In this document: piece after piece, positions 63,114-64,000 of the stretch
Layout: each line of letters begins with the position of its first letter
How positions within the stretch are numbered: position 1 is the first letter of the stretch
DNA from: Mobula hypostoma
Taxonomy: Eukaryota
Length of the DNA: 64,000 nucleotides
Assembly (NCBI RefSeq): GCF_963921235.1
Contig: NC_086106.1
Span: 25,482,001-25,546,000 of the forward strand
Direction of reading: 5' to 3'
The notes under the pieces: model-generated
Database searches by the model: none
What the model saw: the letters and a program-made list of their open reading frames with translations, nothing else
What the model was told of the DNA's origin: nothing
Made by a program: the position numbers and the translations under genes

Positions 63114-63625
63114 ATACAGAGGTATACGCCAGAGTCCGGGACAGGAATCCCAGAGATATTTAAACGAGCTTATTCTGCGTTTGTGCACATCAGCTGGAAA
63201 ACTCGTCGAATATTCTGGAAGCCGCTCCAGTGTTCCTGAGCGATATAGCTTCAGCAATATCTTTTTGCGAAATTTTACGCAATGCTCAGTGTATCAAAAA
63301 TATTTGCATTAGTTCTTGTATAATTTCAGTGTTATGATCTGACATTCGTCAGCAATTAAATTAGGAGGATCCTAGATCAGTAAATTGTTCCCTCTCGTTC
63401 CTGCAATGAAGGACAGAATGCTGTAATATCGCTGACTTGCTCTGAACTAACGTGGCACTCTCTGGTCATGTGTGCAGGATGACAAATGTAATCCGTAATA
63501 AACGGAGGGAACACATACTCCCTGGCTTTAGCCTCAACAGAACGGCAACTTACTTCCGAGAATTTATCACGATGGCAAGCATTGAACTGTAAAACTCTAT
63601 CAAAATAGACTTCACGGTGCCCTGC
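63114..63625 (-). pseudogene. Family B V pseudogene, copy 3, truncated at Cys104
   Basis: Exon 63114-63400 with TAG/TAA/TGA stops ends DSGVYLC, immediately followed by Penelope sequence. Leader starts GTG. Confidence 0.85.
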
Positions 63626-64000
63626 TCAACGATGGCAGATAAAACAAACAGCGGTTCTATGAGGAAGAATCAGAATCCGCTTTGTTTGAATTCCCACTTT
63701 TGNNNNNNNNNNNNNNNNNNNNNNNNNNNNNNNNNNNNNNNNNNNNNNNNNNNNNNNNNNNNNNNNNNNNNNNNNNNNNNNNNNNNNNNNNNNNNNNNNN
63801 NNNNNNNNNNNNNNNNNNNNNNNNNNNNNNNNNNNNNNNNNNNNNNNNNNNNNNNNNNNNNNNNNNNNNTCTCTACCTGCCTTCTTCTCTCTCTCGGTCT
63901 CAATCCGAATATTAGTTTCTATTTGTTTCGACTTACCCACCTCTTTTGTTCGCTCTACCAGCTCACTCTCGCTTACATTGCGATTCTGCCCTGCTCTCCC

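Overview
This is vertebrate DNA, most likely a cartilaginous fish (ray/skate-type repeat landscape; inferred from TE families only). It is part of a T-cell receptor alpha/delta-type V-gene array, with every V on the minus strand. I find two intact V genes (18948-19371 and 40112-40534), each with a 46-nt leader exon, both Cys, the Trp and a 23-spacer RSS. One open V lacks Cys23 (25729-26160). About 20 V pseudogenes, relics or orphan leaders sit in tandemly duplicated multi-kb units. No D, J or C segments were seen. Much of the rest is transposon: a Gmr1-like Gypsy element (3550-14837) containing a Penelope element and a young second Gmr1-like element, plus CR1, Rex/Babar, Harbinger, a hAT Buster/Charlie element and solo LTRs. 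Three signals stand out. (1) Same-orientation CTCF-like motifs lie about 23-24 bp beyond the RSS nonamer of most well-preserved V genes, like mouse proximal VH CBEs. (2) A Penelope insertion replaces a V heptamer and leaves spacer+nonamer 1.76 kb away. (3) TE junctions repeatedly fall on V splice acceptors and RSSs, including an 11.3-kb LTR nest splitting a V from its leader and a hAT end marking an adjacent deletion. All calls are by eye, with no database search.
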